Source: the human T2T-CHM13v2.0 reference genome, Homo sapiens. Taken from it: 64,000 nt of DNA. Positions 1 to 15,836 of the stretch are shown here, one piece after another (within the stretch, counting starts at the first letter, position 1; each line of letters opens with the position of its first letter). A program made the position numbers and the translations under genes. The notes below the pieces were generated by a model. That model searched no databases, was not told the DNA's origin, and saw only the letters and a list, made by a program, of their open reading frames with translations. The stretch is taken from NCBI RefSeq assembly GCF_009914755.1, contig NC_060936.1; one strand, written 5' to 3'.

Positions 1-258
1 GTAGCTCTTCAAATAGTCATCTTTAATTTTTTCTTTATATAACTCTATATTTGAGAAATTGGGATGAGCACGTATTAGTTTGTAAAGAAATGCAATGCAG
101 TAGAAACTGTAAAAGAAAGAAAAACAGCTAACTTGGAAGGCTGTGCACTTAATAGAATGAAGCAATCATTGCATAAAACATTCTTGGAATTTCTATTTTG
201 AATTTTGCCTTCTGAACCTGTTCCACATCAGCTAGACTTAAAAAAAAAAAGAAAAAAA

Positions 259-544
<286 letters not shown>

Positions 545-1705
545 CGTGGGGCCTCATAGGATCAGAAACCACGGTGGAGCAGACTATGAAGGAGAAATAT
601 GATGGTTCTTATAATGGCTTCAGTGGGGCTGGCTTTCTGGAAGATGTTCAGGTATTTATCCTTGGTCTCTCCTCAGCTGCTTTATAGAGTAATGCAGTAG
701 AGGAAAGACTGTCAAGAAATTTTTTATTACTTAGGTGCTATATCGTTTGCTTTTTAACTTCATAAAATTTTTTGGCCATCTCTGCTTAGTATATAAAGCA
801 AGTTGAGCAAGTGTGGCTCTTGCCAACTATAAACTTAGGTCACTTGGGTCTGGAAATTCCCTCTTGAATGCTATTTCCTGAATTTGATTTAGAGATCAGA
901 GTTTACGTGGTCAATGTACGTCTTTCCCACAGGATAGCCAATGAATTCTTAGAGTTTTAAACCATCACTCTAAAGCATGCTAATTTGCATTTAGAAATAC
1001 AAAGTGCATCATATTGGTGACCCCTTTTAGATAGTGGGATGGGTATCAGATGTTACCCATTAGTTCTGATGTCTTAGGCAGAGCCTATGCAGTTATTTGG
1101 CCACAGACTAGGACATTGCTAGTATATTATCTATTCATGTATATGATGATGATTCTTGGAATAATTTCCTCTGGATGTGGAGAGACTAGGGCAGTACAGA
1201 TTTCTTTAATTCTGTGTCAGAGCAGTAGTGAGTAAGAAGGAAGGGGCAGAGTGTCAGCCACAGCTACAGGCCTCTTACAGGCAGTCTAGGGTCCAGACCA
1301 GACACGATGAGCATCCCAACAGAGGCCTGAGTTCTGCGATGTAGGCAGAATGACCAGAGAGACCCAGTTTATCTCATCCGGAGATTTGGAAGGGAAGAAA
1401 GGAGTCCACATCAAAGAAAGAATGTGTACGCCTGTGTTTTCAGGATTCTGTCTGCCTCTGGTAAGGAAGCATCTGACCGTGAATGTGCCATGGAAGCTTT
1501 CTCTTCATTAATAGAAGTATCATTACAGGAGACTCAGTTCACAAGACAGTATCTCAAGTGCACTTTGTTCTCTGTAGAAAGAGGTACCCAATAACATGAT
1601 CATATACTTCTGTCACATAGAAATGTTGCAAATAAATTTTTAATAAGTTAAACAGTTAATTTTTCTCGCTAACTTGACCTTAAACCAGCATTAGATTTTT
1701 TAAAA

Positions 1706-4700
1706 TCAACTTTTTATTTTGGAATAATTTTAGGTTTACAGCAAAGTTGCAAGGGGAATACGGAGAATTCCTGTATATGCCTCACCTGGTTTCCCATAAT
1801 GTTAATATATCACCATGGTGTATTTGTCAGAACTAAGAAACCAATGTTGGTACATTACTATTAACTAAATTCCACACTTTATTTGGATTTTACCACTTTT
1901 CACACTGATGTCCTTTTTCTGTTCCAGGATTCAGTCAAGAGTACTACATTGCATTGTCATTATGTCTCCTTAGTCTCTTCTGGTGTGTGACAGTTTCTCA
2001 GACTTCCCTTGTTTTTTAATAACCTTGGTAGGTTTGAGGATACTGATGAGGTATTTTGTAGAACACCCCTCAATTTAGGTTTGTATGATGTTTTTCTCAT
2101 GATTAGACTGGGGTTATGGATTTTTGGGAAGACTACTACAGAGGTGAAGTGCCTTCCTCATATCATATTGGAAGAATATACTAACATGACTTATTACAGA
2201 TAATGTTAATTTTGATCATTTGGTTGTGTTAGTGTTTGCTAGGTTTCTCACTATAAAGTTACTATTTTTTTTCTCTTTCTATACTGCATTCTTTGGCAAT
2301 GGGTCACCAAGTCCAGCCCACGCTTGGGGGAGGAGGAGTGAGGATTAAGCTTTACCTCCTACAGAGGGTATTATCTACTTATATTATCTGGAATTCTTCT
2401 GCAAAGGAAGATTTTCCCCTTCTACCTATTTGTTTATTTATTGAGTTGTTAATTTGTATCTCTATGGACTTGTATTTATTTTATACCTTGGGTTATAATA
2501 CAATACCATGCTATTTATTTTCTTCCTGAAATTGTTCTAGCTTTGGCTTCTGGGGCCTCTTCCAGGTTAACTTCTGTGTCACTTTGACATGTCCTCATCC
2601 TTTTGCTACTTGAGCACCTCCCTACTTTTTTAGAATTAGAAGATGTTCCAGGTTCATCTTGTATTTTCCTTGCCCCGGCTCTAGAATCAGCTTTTTCTAA
2701 AGAGCCCTAGTTCTTTTTATTGGAGAAACCAAGTTCTGAGCATTGGGTTGCATGCTGCTAGTAGGCCCTCTCAGTGAATAGAGTTAGGAAATAAAAGTAT
2801 GTATGCTAACCCATGTATATATACATATTTCTAATTATTTCTGTATCTATCAGTCTGTATATATGCTAAGCTAAACGTGGATTTGCACTGGTATCTTTGA
2901 CTCCAACTCAGTACTGCAGAGTTCATTCTAGCCTTTCCCCCTTGCAGATCTGCATTTCACTCTCTGGCAATGAGAAACCTGCCTCTCATCATCCACCGTG
3001 GTAGATGGGGAGTTTACTTATTTGTTCAAACCCTTACACATGTAAAGCAGGTTCAGATTTGTTAACTTATACTCCTATGAGCTACGATTTACCAATTAGA
3101 GTTCCATGTTTATGTACAGATTATTTTGTCATTAGCCTATAGTTGTCAGTCAAAACACTATTTTCTTTTTTTTTATTATTATACTTTAAGTTTTAGGGTA
3201 CATGTGCACAACGTGCAGGTTAGTTACATATGTAAACATGTGCCATGTTGGTGTGCTGCACCCATTAACTCGTCATTTAACATTAGGTATATCTTCTAAT
3301 GCTATCCCTTCCTCCTCCCCCCACCCCACAACAGGCCCCGGTGTGTGATGTTCCCCTTCCTGTGTCCATGTGTTCTCATTGTTCAATTCCCACCTATGAG
3401 TGAGAACATGCGGTGTTTGGTTTTTTGTCCTTGTGATAGTTTGCTGAGAATGATGGTTTCCAGCTTCATCCATGTCCCTACAAAGGACATGAACTCATCG
3501 TTTATGGCTGCATAGTATTCCATGGTGTATATGTGCCACATTTTCTTAATCCAGTCTATCATTGTTGGACATTTGGGTTGGTTCCAAGTCTTTGCTATTG
3601 TGAATAGTGCCACAATAAACATATGTGTGCATGTGTCTTTATAGCAGCATGATTTATAGTCCTTTGGGTATATACCCAGTAATGGGATTGCTGGGTCTAA
3701 TGGTATTTCTAGTTCAAGATCCCTGAGGAATCGCCACACTGACTTCCACAAGGGTTGAACTAGTTTACAGTCCCACCAACAGTGTAAAAGTGTTCCTATT
3801 TCTCCACATCCTCTCTAGCACCTGTTGTTTCCTGACTTTTTAATGATCGCCATTCTAACTGGTGTGAGATGGTATCTCACTGTGGTTTTGATTTGCATTT
3901 TTCTGATGGCCAGTGATGATGAGCATTTTTTCATGTGTTTTTTGGCTGCATAAATGTCTTCTTTTGAGAAGTGTCTGTTCATATCCTTCGCCCACTTTTT
4001 GATGGGGTTGTTTGTTTTTTTCTTGTAAATTTGTTTGAGTTCATTGTAGATTCTGGATATTAGCCCTTTGTCAGATGAGTAGATTGCAAAAATTTTCTCC
4101 CATTCTGTAGGTTGCCTGTTCACTCTGATGGTAGTTTCTTTTGCTGTGCAGAAGCTCTTTAGTTTAATTAGATCCCATTTGTCAATTTTGGCTTTTGTTG
4201 CCGTTGCTTTTGGTGTTTTAGACATGAAGTCCTTGCCCATGCCTATGTCCTGAATGGTATTGCCTAGGTTTTGTTTTAGGGTTTTTATGGTTTTAGGTCT
4301 AACGTTTAAGTCTTTAATCCATCTTGAATTAATTTTTGTATAAGGTGTAAGGAAGGGATCCAGTTTCAGCTTTCTACATATGGCTAGCCAGTTTTTCCAG
4401 CACCGTTTATTAAATAGGGAATCCTTTCCCCATTTCTTGTTCAAAACACTATTTTCTAAGGTTATATAGGCCAGCTTTTTTTTTTCCTCTACCCCCTTCA
4501 GTGAGTTTATGTCATACATTTATAATATGTTAGGTTCATTTGTCACAGTCTACATCCTATCCTGGGATTCCCTGACATACTGGTTCTCTTGAAAAAACGT
4601 ACATACCTTAAAGTTCACTCTTTGTAAGGTACAGTTCTACGGATTTTAACAAATGCATAGAGTAACGTATGTTCCACCCTAGTAACACATAGAATAATTC

Positions 4701-5146
4701 CGTTATCCTAAAAGTTTCCCTGTGCATCTCCCTGTAGTCAAACACCTTCCACTGCAAACCCTGATAACTAGTAATCTGTTTTTCATCCCTGTAGTTTTGC
4801 CTTTTCCAAAATGTCACGTGAGTGGAATCATATAATTTGTAGTCTTTCACCTAGCAAAATGTATTTAAGATTCACTCATATTGTTGCAAGAATCAATGGC
4901 TTGTTGCTTTTTGTTGTTGACTAATTGTCCATTCTATGGTATACCACAGTTTCTTTATTCAGTCACCTGTCAAAAGACGTTGTTGCTTCCAGTTTTGGAT
5001 GCTTATACACAAAGCTGCTATAAATATTTGTGTACAGGTTTTTATGTGAACCTGGTTTTCAGTTAACTTGGATCAATAACTAGGTTGTGATTGCTGGGTC
5101 ATATTTTAAGTTTATATTTAACTTTATAGGAAGTTGTCAAACTGTG
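1706..5146 (-). mobile_element. Old L1M (L1MC/MD-like) 3' region, interrupted by a young L1PA
   Basis: Typical antisense L1M 3' UTR (ttttaggtttacagcaaagttgc..., ggaatcatataatttgtagtc..., gattgctgggtcata). Confidence 0.7.
3167..4440 (-). mobile_element. 5'-truncated L1PA (L1PA3-like) carrying the ORF2 C-terminus
   Basis: ORFs 3815-4519 and 3383-3751 translate to the L1 ORF2p C-terminus in one frame, split by a single TAG. Poly(T) tail. Perfect 17-bp TSD tcaaaacactattttct at 3150-3166 and 4441-4457. Confidence 0.95.
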
Positions 5147-5470
5147 CGGTATTAGAGTTTAATCACCCCTCCCCCTCTTTTGTTTTTTTGGACAGAGGGA
5201 ATAATTAAACAATCGCTAAGATTCAGGCCAAAAATGTCAACTAATTATCTACTTGTCTGTGTAAAATTCAGCTTATCAAGTAACTGCTGTATACATAGCA
5301 TTGAATTTGTTGAGTGGTAGAAGTTTTTAAAGGAGTTTGCTATCTAATACGGAAGGTGAGAGTTTGTAAGCAGTGATGTAAGCCACCATTTAGGATTAAG
5401 TTGGGTTGGGTTCTAGTTCTTTGTGTCTGGTGGCAATAGTAGTGGTAGTATCCAGTTGATTTGTGGCCAT

Positions 5471-5945
5471 TGATGTAATTTATAAAGGTGACTCAGTGAC
5501 TACACAGAGTGGTCAATGTCATTGAAAGGAAAGTTTATTACTTACATTTCCCAAGACAAGAGGGCATTCTGCACCACACAGGGCCGCAGAGGGAAGCACC
5601 AGTTTCAGTCAGGAGGCAGAAGGAGCGAGGGGAAAGCATGGTCCAGAGCTCTTACTATGTTTTCCTTGGGAAAGGCAAGGCAGGGCAGGAGAAACAGGTT
5701 AGAATTGGCCAATTTGAATAATTCCAGTGGGCTTTAGGGCTGTCCTTAGTTGTCTGGTACCTGGTCCTGGGTTGATTTAGGGCAGGTGAAATGTTGGCTT
5801 GATGTGTGAGAGTTAGATAAAGGAGGTGGTTCAGAGAATGGACTTTGGCTCTCGGGAGGTTTAAACAACTTTGGCCATTAGTTTGGCCTTGTGATCTATG
5901 GATGCCAGATAGACAAATACAGAATCAGCAAAAACACAGAATACC
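5471..5945 (-). mobile_element. ERVL-type solo LTR (MER77/MER68-like)
   Basis: Motifs agtttattacttacatttcccaag, gtcaggaggcagaaggagcgagggg and gggctgtccttagttgtctggtacctgg resemble this family. Confidence 0.55.
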
Positions 5946-6674
5946 CAACACGACCTTCCTGCATAGAGCTCTCCGTACCTACCAGTTGAATTATTTAATT
6001 CAATGCATTATTGACTGCCAACTTTGAAATGGGTACAGAAATTTATAGATGAAGACTTTGTCCTCAAGGAGCTCGTGATATATCATGAAAAACCATTCAT
6101 TCATTAATTAAGCAAACATTTATTGAATATCTACCATGCACCAGGAACTTGCTAGTCTTTGAAGATTACAGGGCTTTAATCAAACAGATGGAAAATTTAT
6201 AACAAAATAGAGTATGTTTCTCTTCCTTATAAACATTAGTATTTAGGACAAAAATACATTCTCTCATTTTGCTGTGTTTTCTTTCTCTTACCTCTCCCAC
6301 CTCCACTCTCCAATTGTTTTCTGGATTTTTAAAAAGATTTATTTATTTATATTAAATTATTAATTGATATTTAATTATATATTCTATTATATGTAAATTA
6401 GTATTTATTTATTTATTTAGATTTTTTTAGCTTGGATTATGGATTTGAGTTTTCACATTCATGAACATGTAAGCAAAAGCATGTGATTGACAGATTTTCT
6501 TTTAAGGATCTGGGGCAGATATTTAAAAAAACTCAAAAGTTTTCATTTAGTTGTCTTTTTACTATTGCCTCTAACAGGCAGTAATGGGGGAAGTAGCATA
6601 GTTATATGTATGTGTGGCTGAAGGAGTGGGAAGATGAGGTGCTGTGGGGGAATATTAGCTTGTGAGGAGAGTTA

Positions 6675-6890
6675 GAGACTAGGGACTAGGAGTAGGAGAC
6701 TTATTCTAGTGTTGGTTTTGTTGTTAACATATACACTTTGGGTAGATGTCTTCCTCTTTCTAAAGCCTCAGTTTCCTTGTTTAGAGAACAGGGTTCATGA
6801 TTACAACTTGTTCTATCTTATATTATTGTTAAACATGAAATGAGATAATAAATATCAGCCTTAAAGTGCAATACAATTGTAAAGTATGTT
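6675..6890 (+). mobile_element. MIR
   Basis: Core ctttgggtagatgtcttcctctttctaaagcctcagtttcc. Confidence 0.65.
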
Positions 6891-6939
6891 ATAAGGCCTT
6901 AACCATAAAAGCCTCAGAAAATATTGAGGGAATGAATGA

Positions 6940-7250
<311 letters not shown>

Positions 7251-8830
7251 TGACATTTACTACAAGAAATAAGCACTGAGAGCCCTTGATCTTCTTTTCT
7301 GAATTGTCTAGTATTAATAATTTATAGCTATAATTTAGTAATCATGTGCTTTCTTGTATTTAGTTATATTTTTGAATGAGTTAGTCTCAGCACTTCAAGG
7401 ACAGTAACTAGGGAGCATTCATATTTTCTGTCTCCTAGAGTGCAAAGTACATTATAGTTGCTTATCAACTATTTGTTGATTCATTGATACTTGTTGAATG
7501 TGTAGAACATCCAAATAAAACCTTTGGAGACTAATGCTAAAGCAGGATATATGCAAGTGAATGAGAAATTGGTATACAGACTGGGAGAGATCATCATGGA
7601 ATGGAGTTGATAAAAAGGACTTGATAGAAGGTTCAAGGGAGATCCTGACACAGACCTTTAAGACATTGTAGGTTTAGTTTAGGGAACAGAAGGGCATGCC
7701 AGGTGGAGGATTAGAGGCAGGAATGAGAATGGCATTAGAAGATGAATGACTGGTGGAATGACAGTAAAGGTCAAATTGGTAAAGGTCAAATTGGTGAATT
7801 TTTAAGACTAGTTTACATTTATCATAGACAAGTGACCTCCAAATTTTGTTTAGAAGTGACTCATTGTGATTATGTGGACTGGCCCTTCAAGGTTGAGACT
7901 TAATGCTTACAAAGTCCCTTGCTTCTGCAGAAGAAATCTCTGAGGCTACTGATGTCACTAATAATATAATCCATGTAGAGTGTCAGAGGTTTTTTAGCTG
8001 TTTTGTAGCCTGGTTAAGCAGATAGGGCAAGAATTAGCAATCTTTATGGAGATGTGCCAAAGTTTGGGTTACTCTCCTTCTGGAGGGTGAAGAGGATTCT
8101 TATTCTGTAGGGATTCGCACAATCTGGGAGTGGTGGGGGGAAAGGGGTGGTGGTGACTGCATGCTGGCCCCAGCTGTAGGTGACTTATAGAGACTGTTTC
8201 AAGTGGAAAGAAGAGTTGAGTATTGGTGTCAACAGGCTGGTGTTTGTGTGGGCCAGCAATTTGGTACTTCCACCCTGAAATAAAGATATCTTTCTTATTC
8301 AAGAATTATAGCAAGTTGGCAGATACCCACCTGTTTCATGTTCGCTTTCAATCTAGTTGTATATTAGTAAGTACTGGTTATATATTATTAAGTGCTAGTC
8401 TGGATAATATTTTTACGGATGAGCTGGGCAACATGATGTAGACATGATTACCTGGTCTTGAGAATTTCAGTCCAGGGCTCTTAAACCTAGATAAACATAG
8501 AAGTGTGTATAGACAAGTTTCTGAAAGTCTGTCTGGTGTGTTTATAATGGAAGATGCAGTAGCTATCTTCTGACTTTGAAGAACTTCCATGCAGAACAGG
8601 GATTTGACTACTGTTTGGCCTCAAAAACTAGCAGTAGAGTAATTGATGGGTGAAAGCTCGTAGAGGCAAATTCTAACAGTACTTGAGAAATAGATTTCTT
8701 TATTAGCAGATGAAATGGGCTGCTTAGGAGGTCACTGTTCTCTGTCTGTCATAGCTATTGATATGGCAGAGGCTATTTTTTCCTGGTAATTTGTGAAGGA
8801 AGTACCAGCATCAGTCAGTGGTAGAGCTAT

Positions 8831-9052
8831 CAGAGTGTCTCAATCTTGGCCTTTGGCATTATTGACATTTTGAACTAGTAATTCTTCCTTGTGGGGCTGT
8901 TCTGTGCATTGTAAGATGTTTAGTAGCATCCCTGGCCTCTACCACTACTTGCCTGTGGTTCCCTCAGCCCCCAAGTTGTGACACTCAAAAATGTCTCCAG
9001 ACATTGCCAGATGTTCCCTGAAGGACAAAGTCACACAGGTATAGAACCTCTG
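8831..9052. mobile_element. MER20 (hAT-Charlie), apparently inside an L3/CR1 remnant
   Basis: gtgcattgtaagatgtttagtagcatccctggcctctacc...aaaaatgtctccagacattgcc. Confidence 0.85.
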
Positions 9053-9622
9053 GGCTAGGTGAAATTCAGGTACCTTGCAACTCTGGTAATTTATACTTTT
9101 TTGTTTTGCAAGTGAATTCTGCATCAGTTTTGCAAAAAAAAAAAAAAAGTGAAAATGGTTTAGAGGACGTACATAATTGATGTGGTGGTGTTCTGTTTCC
9201 TTCCAATTCAGGGAGACTTTATGGGGATGGAAGTTTTTCAGAATCTTTGAGTGATATTGTGATAAGCTTGGAATTAGCAGGATATTCTCTGTGGCATACT
9301 CTTGGGAGAGGGCTAAGAGGTGGGAAGGAGAAGCTGAGATGAGGTTTGAGTGGTGACACCTGGGATGACTACTGTGAGGGAGAAGAGGAGAGAGGAGAGG
9401 TGTGAATTAGTTGTGGCAGCCAGATCAGGTTATGGCCATGCAGAGCACTGAGGTTCTCTTCCTGATGGCTGTCTTCATCCTTCTTCTCTCCCAAAGCCTG
9501 TGCAATTCTATGGTGGAGGAGGGAGTGCCGGGGAAATTATAAGGTTTAATCTTGTCTTGAATTTTATCTCCTCCATTTCCTAGTTTTGACCTGGCCAAGT
9601 TTCTTAACTTCACTGTGCCATG

Positions 9623-10110
9623 ATTTTTTCATTTTGAAAAATTGTGGTAAAATATACATAATATAAAATTTACCATTTTTACCATTTTTTAAGTGTATGG
9701 CTTAGTGGCATTAAATACATTCACATTGTTATGTAACCATCAGCACCATCCATTTCCAGAAGGTTTTTATCTTCCCTAACTTAAACTCTAGCTATTAAAC
9801 ATGAACTCCCCATTCCCTGCTCCCAAGCCTCTGACAACCGCCATTCTACTTGCTATCTCTATGGATCGACCACTCTAGGGATCTCATATAAGAAGAATTA
9901 CACAGTATTTGTCTTTCTTCAACTGGCGTATTTTACTTAGCATAATGTCTTCAAGGGTGATCGATGTTGTAGCATGTGTCATGATTTCCTTCCTTTTTGA
10001 GGCTGAATAATATTCCGTTGTGTGCATATACCACATTTTGTTTCCATTCATCTGTCAGTGGACACTTTAGGTTACTTCCATCTTTGGCTATTGTGAATGA
10101 TGTTGCTGTG
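9623..10110 (-). mobile_element. L1MB 3' end
   Basis: attgtggtaaaatatacataatataaaatttaccattttaccatt...gaggctgaataatattcc. Confidence 0.85.
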
Positions 10111-12469
10111 GCATTTTGTTTCATTTTCATTGTAAAATGATTTTAAAAATGATGCTTCTTCCACAGCATTCTGGCGTCTGTCCGGAAAGGCTCCTTGTAG
10201 AGTGCTGGGCACTGGCTCATGACAAGTGACACTTCCTCTCCTCACCTTTTTGATGCCAGTTCATTGCACTTTTGCTTCTTTTATATCTCCCTCCTAGTAT
10301 AAGTAATCAAACCCAAGCAGAGACTAATGAATTTTTTTTCCTGCCAATTCAAGTCCATTCTAGGACTGACAATTTCCAATCAATGTTCTCTGAACTGTTT
10401 GTTTCAAGACTTGTCAATCTTTGGAAATTTGAGTTTGTTCTAATACTGCCTTATATGTTCAGATTCTCTTTAATGGCTCTGAGAGTCCTTCACTACATCT
10501 CATTGTCACACTTTTCTCTAAAATAATTTGTTACAAAGCCTTGCTAATGGCAGCTTGCTGTGCCCAGGGTCCTGAGGTCCCATCATCAAGCGTTTTGATT
10601 CATCTGCCATTCAAAAGACTATTGATATCCCGAGGGCAAGTTTTAGATACACTTGGTGAATTTCATTGCTTTGTTCCTTTGACTTCTTCCTTTAAACACC
10701 CAGGCTCCCTCCCTCTGTGGGAAGGCGTATTTTTGGCTGGCCCTTTTCTATCTGTGCCATCTGTCACAGGGGTCATTGCTCAGAGGCTGGCTTCCTCCCT
10801 GCTGGGAGCAGGTGGTCAAAACCAATGGCTATTGACAGGGTCAGGTTGGGGCAGCTTACCAATATGCCCCCCAAGCAGTATGCATAGTTGTTCTCCTTCA
10901 GAGGAACAAGAGAAAACCTTACTTGGGGGTCTTTTTCTGCATTAAAGAGGAAAAGATGCAGATGTGATTCTAAGTTGTTTATTTATTCTTGTGGTCCAGC
11001 CACTTGTCAACTGTCCTGTCTGTGCTCTTGTCTCTGCGTACTTCAACTGGCACTGTACTTTAAGACCACTACCTGAAGCAGCCTCCAGTGTAGCAAGAAA
11101 GCAACATCTGTGAAAATTATGGATGATAGAATTACTCAAGCTGGTTCATGTCTAAGATGCTAGAGGTGATGATCCTGACCCTTGATCAAACAAAATAAAA
11201 TATCCCTGAAGTCTTTTGATGATCTCTGGTGGTAAAGACCCTTGTTTCAAAGTCTTATTTAAAGAGATCATACTTCCAAGCACTTAGGATTCTGGGCCTG
11301 ACTCACAGGAGAGCCAGCCCAGTGCTGAGTCACTTAGCCAACTTCATTCATTGATCATGTGCTTGTGCACAGCTTGGTGGCAAGGTGGGAGAGAATTACT
11401 ATTTTCAAATGTTCCTTCCTGAGGTAGCATAGTCCAGAAGTAAGCCGAGAGACAGGATGCTAGAGTTCTATTCTTGGCCCAGCTATGCACCTTCAGCAAG
11501 ATACATCCCCCCACTCCCCTGTCTAATATAGGAGGATCCAGGGAAATAAGTAAAACAAGTAAAACAGATAAGAACAGAAGAGTTTTTAAAAATGCTTTTC
11601 CCAGAGAGATTGTGGCTCCCAAACCCATGTCTACCTGGCTGGCCAGGTTTTGTTGCCACCACTTGTTCAAGGAACTTACCATAGCCTCCACTGATAAGGA
11701 AGAATTTCTTCTCAAAAAAGAAATTCTGGAATTCCTAGTCTTTGTTCTTTTTCAAACCTTTAATGCTTCTTTCCTGCAGTACTCATTACATTATGCTTGG
11801 GTATATTAATCTTTTTAAAAGCACAAATGATTTTTCTGCTAAGTGGGGGAAATAATTCAGAACAGTTTATAGAATAAGTAGTCTTAGATATGTAGTCTCA
11901 GGTTACTGAAATCAGCTTGACTCAGTGTAAGGCATTGCTGGTTTCTTTGGGGCCTCCCTAGTTCTCCTTTGAGTTCTAGTGTTGGTGACACTCCCCTCCC
12001 TTGTGGCTGTACTCTTATGTCTAACCTCAGTCTTAGACATAATTATGCTTTCACCTCTTCTCATCCCTGGAGAGGTAAAATCTTTTCTACCTAGTCCTCA
12101 AGCATTGTCTACAACCTAGGGTCGTATCATAACAGTTCTTTTGGCTGACACCTGAACCACACTGTAGTGGTATCTCTAAATTTGCTCATAGAATTTATTT
12201 TTAATATGAAATATAAGAAGCATACAGCAAACTACAGAGAATAATATAATATTTACTTTGGATCTTTCTTTTATGAACAAGAGAATTCATGATGAGTACA
12301 CTTGAAGCCTGAGGCATCATGTCAACCCCTCTTCCCAGCGCTTTTGAACAAGCCTTTTTTGTTCAAGGCACTTTGCAGCATGCTTAGCTTCCCTGTAGGA
12401 AGTCTGCCTTCCATGACCTATATTCATTATTCTGTTTCCTCCGTGCTTTTACAGCCCCCTTCCCACCCC

Positions 12470-12625
12470 TCACTGTGACCTTGGGCAAATTGCTTTACCT
12501 CTCTGAGCTTTATATTTCTGATCTATACAATAAGAATAATAACAACATCTGCCTGCTCTGGGTTATTTTGAGATTCAAATGTGGTAATATATGTGAAGTA
12601 CTTTGTTAAGCTCTGTGTTACACAT
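12470..12625 (+). mobile_element. MIR
   Basis: ctgtgaccttgggcaaattgctttacctctctgagc core. Confidence 0.75.
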
Positions 12626-13469
12626 GGCATCGATCATCTGTATAGAGAAACTACAACACTGTTTTCCAAGCTGTGGAAGAGGGTGCTGAGGGGAGGAGGG
12701 TAGCCAAGAGATGTGGTGGATCAGAATCCCCACAGGCTTTTTCAAACTGCTATGTATCTACCAGCACTGGTATGTGTGTGCATACTCATATATACACATA
12801 TACATTTACACATAACAATTAGAAATATTTTGAAGGTAGGGACCAAGAGAAATAATCTCTTATCTAGATTCCCTTCTAGCATCTTCATGGTTCTGTGTTT
12901 TCTCTCCCACATGGTTTTAAACTGGGATGGCCAATAAAAAATGTCAGTTTCTTAGTTTCTGTTTGCTCAAAGTTCACATTTTAAGTAAGAATCTTCATCA
13001 ACTGTTTGGCCGAGGAGGTTTGCTTTCACCAGTTATGCTTTGTGAAATTCCTCCCACCAATTCTTAATCTAGAATATGTCTTTCTCTCCTTGGTGCTCTG
13101 TCTTTCCTGCTGCATGTGGTCTGAAAAAGGTTCTCCTGCTGTGTAAGCATTATGGATGCCTCAGCACTTCCTCTGTTGCACATCAAACTTGAAGGCAGTT
13201 GGGGTGTACTCACTGTTGGATCGTTTCTGTACCACTGTGTGTCTGTTCTCTATAGACGTCCTGGTTGCTGGTCATTGTCTCTTAGTGTTCCATGTTGACG
13301 TAATCATATGCATTTTATTTGATTATGATACTCTGGCGCAGACTAGGGAAGAGATACTTTGGTGAAAATATCTCTGTATAATTGTATTTAAGAACTATTC
13401 AGTCTTATTTTTAAAAATATTTGAGATTCAAGAAGAAATCTTTTAAGGTCAAGTGTTGAAATCAAACAC

Positions 13470-14493
<1,024 letters not shown>

Positions 14494-14749
14494 AACTGTT
14501 AGAATTTTTAAAGCCAAAGAATGTTATTTAATATTATGTAAAATCATGTGATGACAAATAGTGATTTTTCAAAGACTGACAGAATAGTCTACAAGTTAAC
14601 CACTTCCTAGTCAGAAGAAATTCTCATGGGGCTAGAGACAGACTGGATCAAACTGCAGAGAAATAAACAATTTTGATTTGTTGTTATTTTCCGTTTATCT
14701 TATTCCTAGGACTTCATACATCTTACTGTTCGTAGAACAGATTTCTGTT

Positions 14750-15034
14750 TCTTCTCAGCTTAGGTATCACTTTTATAGAAAACTACCCCTTCCCTCTCTA
14801 CAACACACTTGCCCCTAATGCTGGGTTATGTGAACCTCTAGTACCTTATCCTTAATGCTGTTGTGTCACTGTATTGTAATTGGCTGGTAATCCATCTATC
14901 TCTGCTGGAGTTTAAGCTCCACAAGGATGAGATGTAGGTATTTTGTTCATCATTGAATCAGTGCCAGGACCTAGCACAATGTCTGACACATAGAAGGCAC
15001 TGGTAAATAATTCTTGAATGAATGAATGAATGAA
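14750..15034 (+). mobile_element. L2 3' end
   Basis: cctagcacaatgtctgacacatagaaggcactggtaaataattcttgaatgaatgaatgaa terminus. Confidence 0.8.
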
Positions 15035-15491
15035 CGAAAGGTCACAACTGAAGGGGACATTCTGGAAATGGAGCCATTTGATGGGAAACTTTAAACTAGG
15101 TTTTTTTCACTCATAGATACAAGAATGGTAATTAGGCTGAGTAATAAGATGTGAGTAATTCTCTCTGGAACTCTTAAGTGGAAAAGTGAAAAGCCAGAGC
15201 TTTAGATGCTGGTGCCTTACTAGAAATAATGAATGAGAAAATGGGGAAATAAAGAAAGTACACCCAAGATAGAGATAAATAATATTTAAAAAGTTTAAGG
15301 TGGTTCCTCCTTCATTTTATATGATTTTAAGTGTTGTTTTTAAATCTGGCCTTAAATGATATGATTTCTTAATATTAGGTATGTTTTATCAGTATTCATT
15401 TTTTAACATACGTATAGAAAAATGCAATGACTGTATAGCTTCATAAATTTTCAGTGCACAGCAACCCAGAAGCCCACCCAACTTCTCCTAA

Positions 15492-15836
<345 letters not shown>

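Noticed and set aside
3383-4519. L1 ORF2 coding frames
   Set aside because: 5'-truncated copy with no promoter, ORF1, endonuclease or RT core, and with a nonsense codon.
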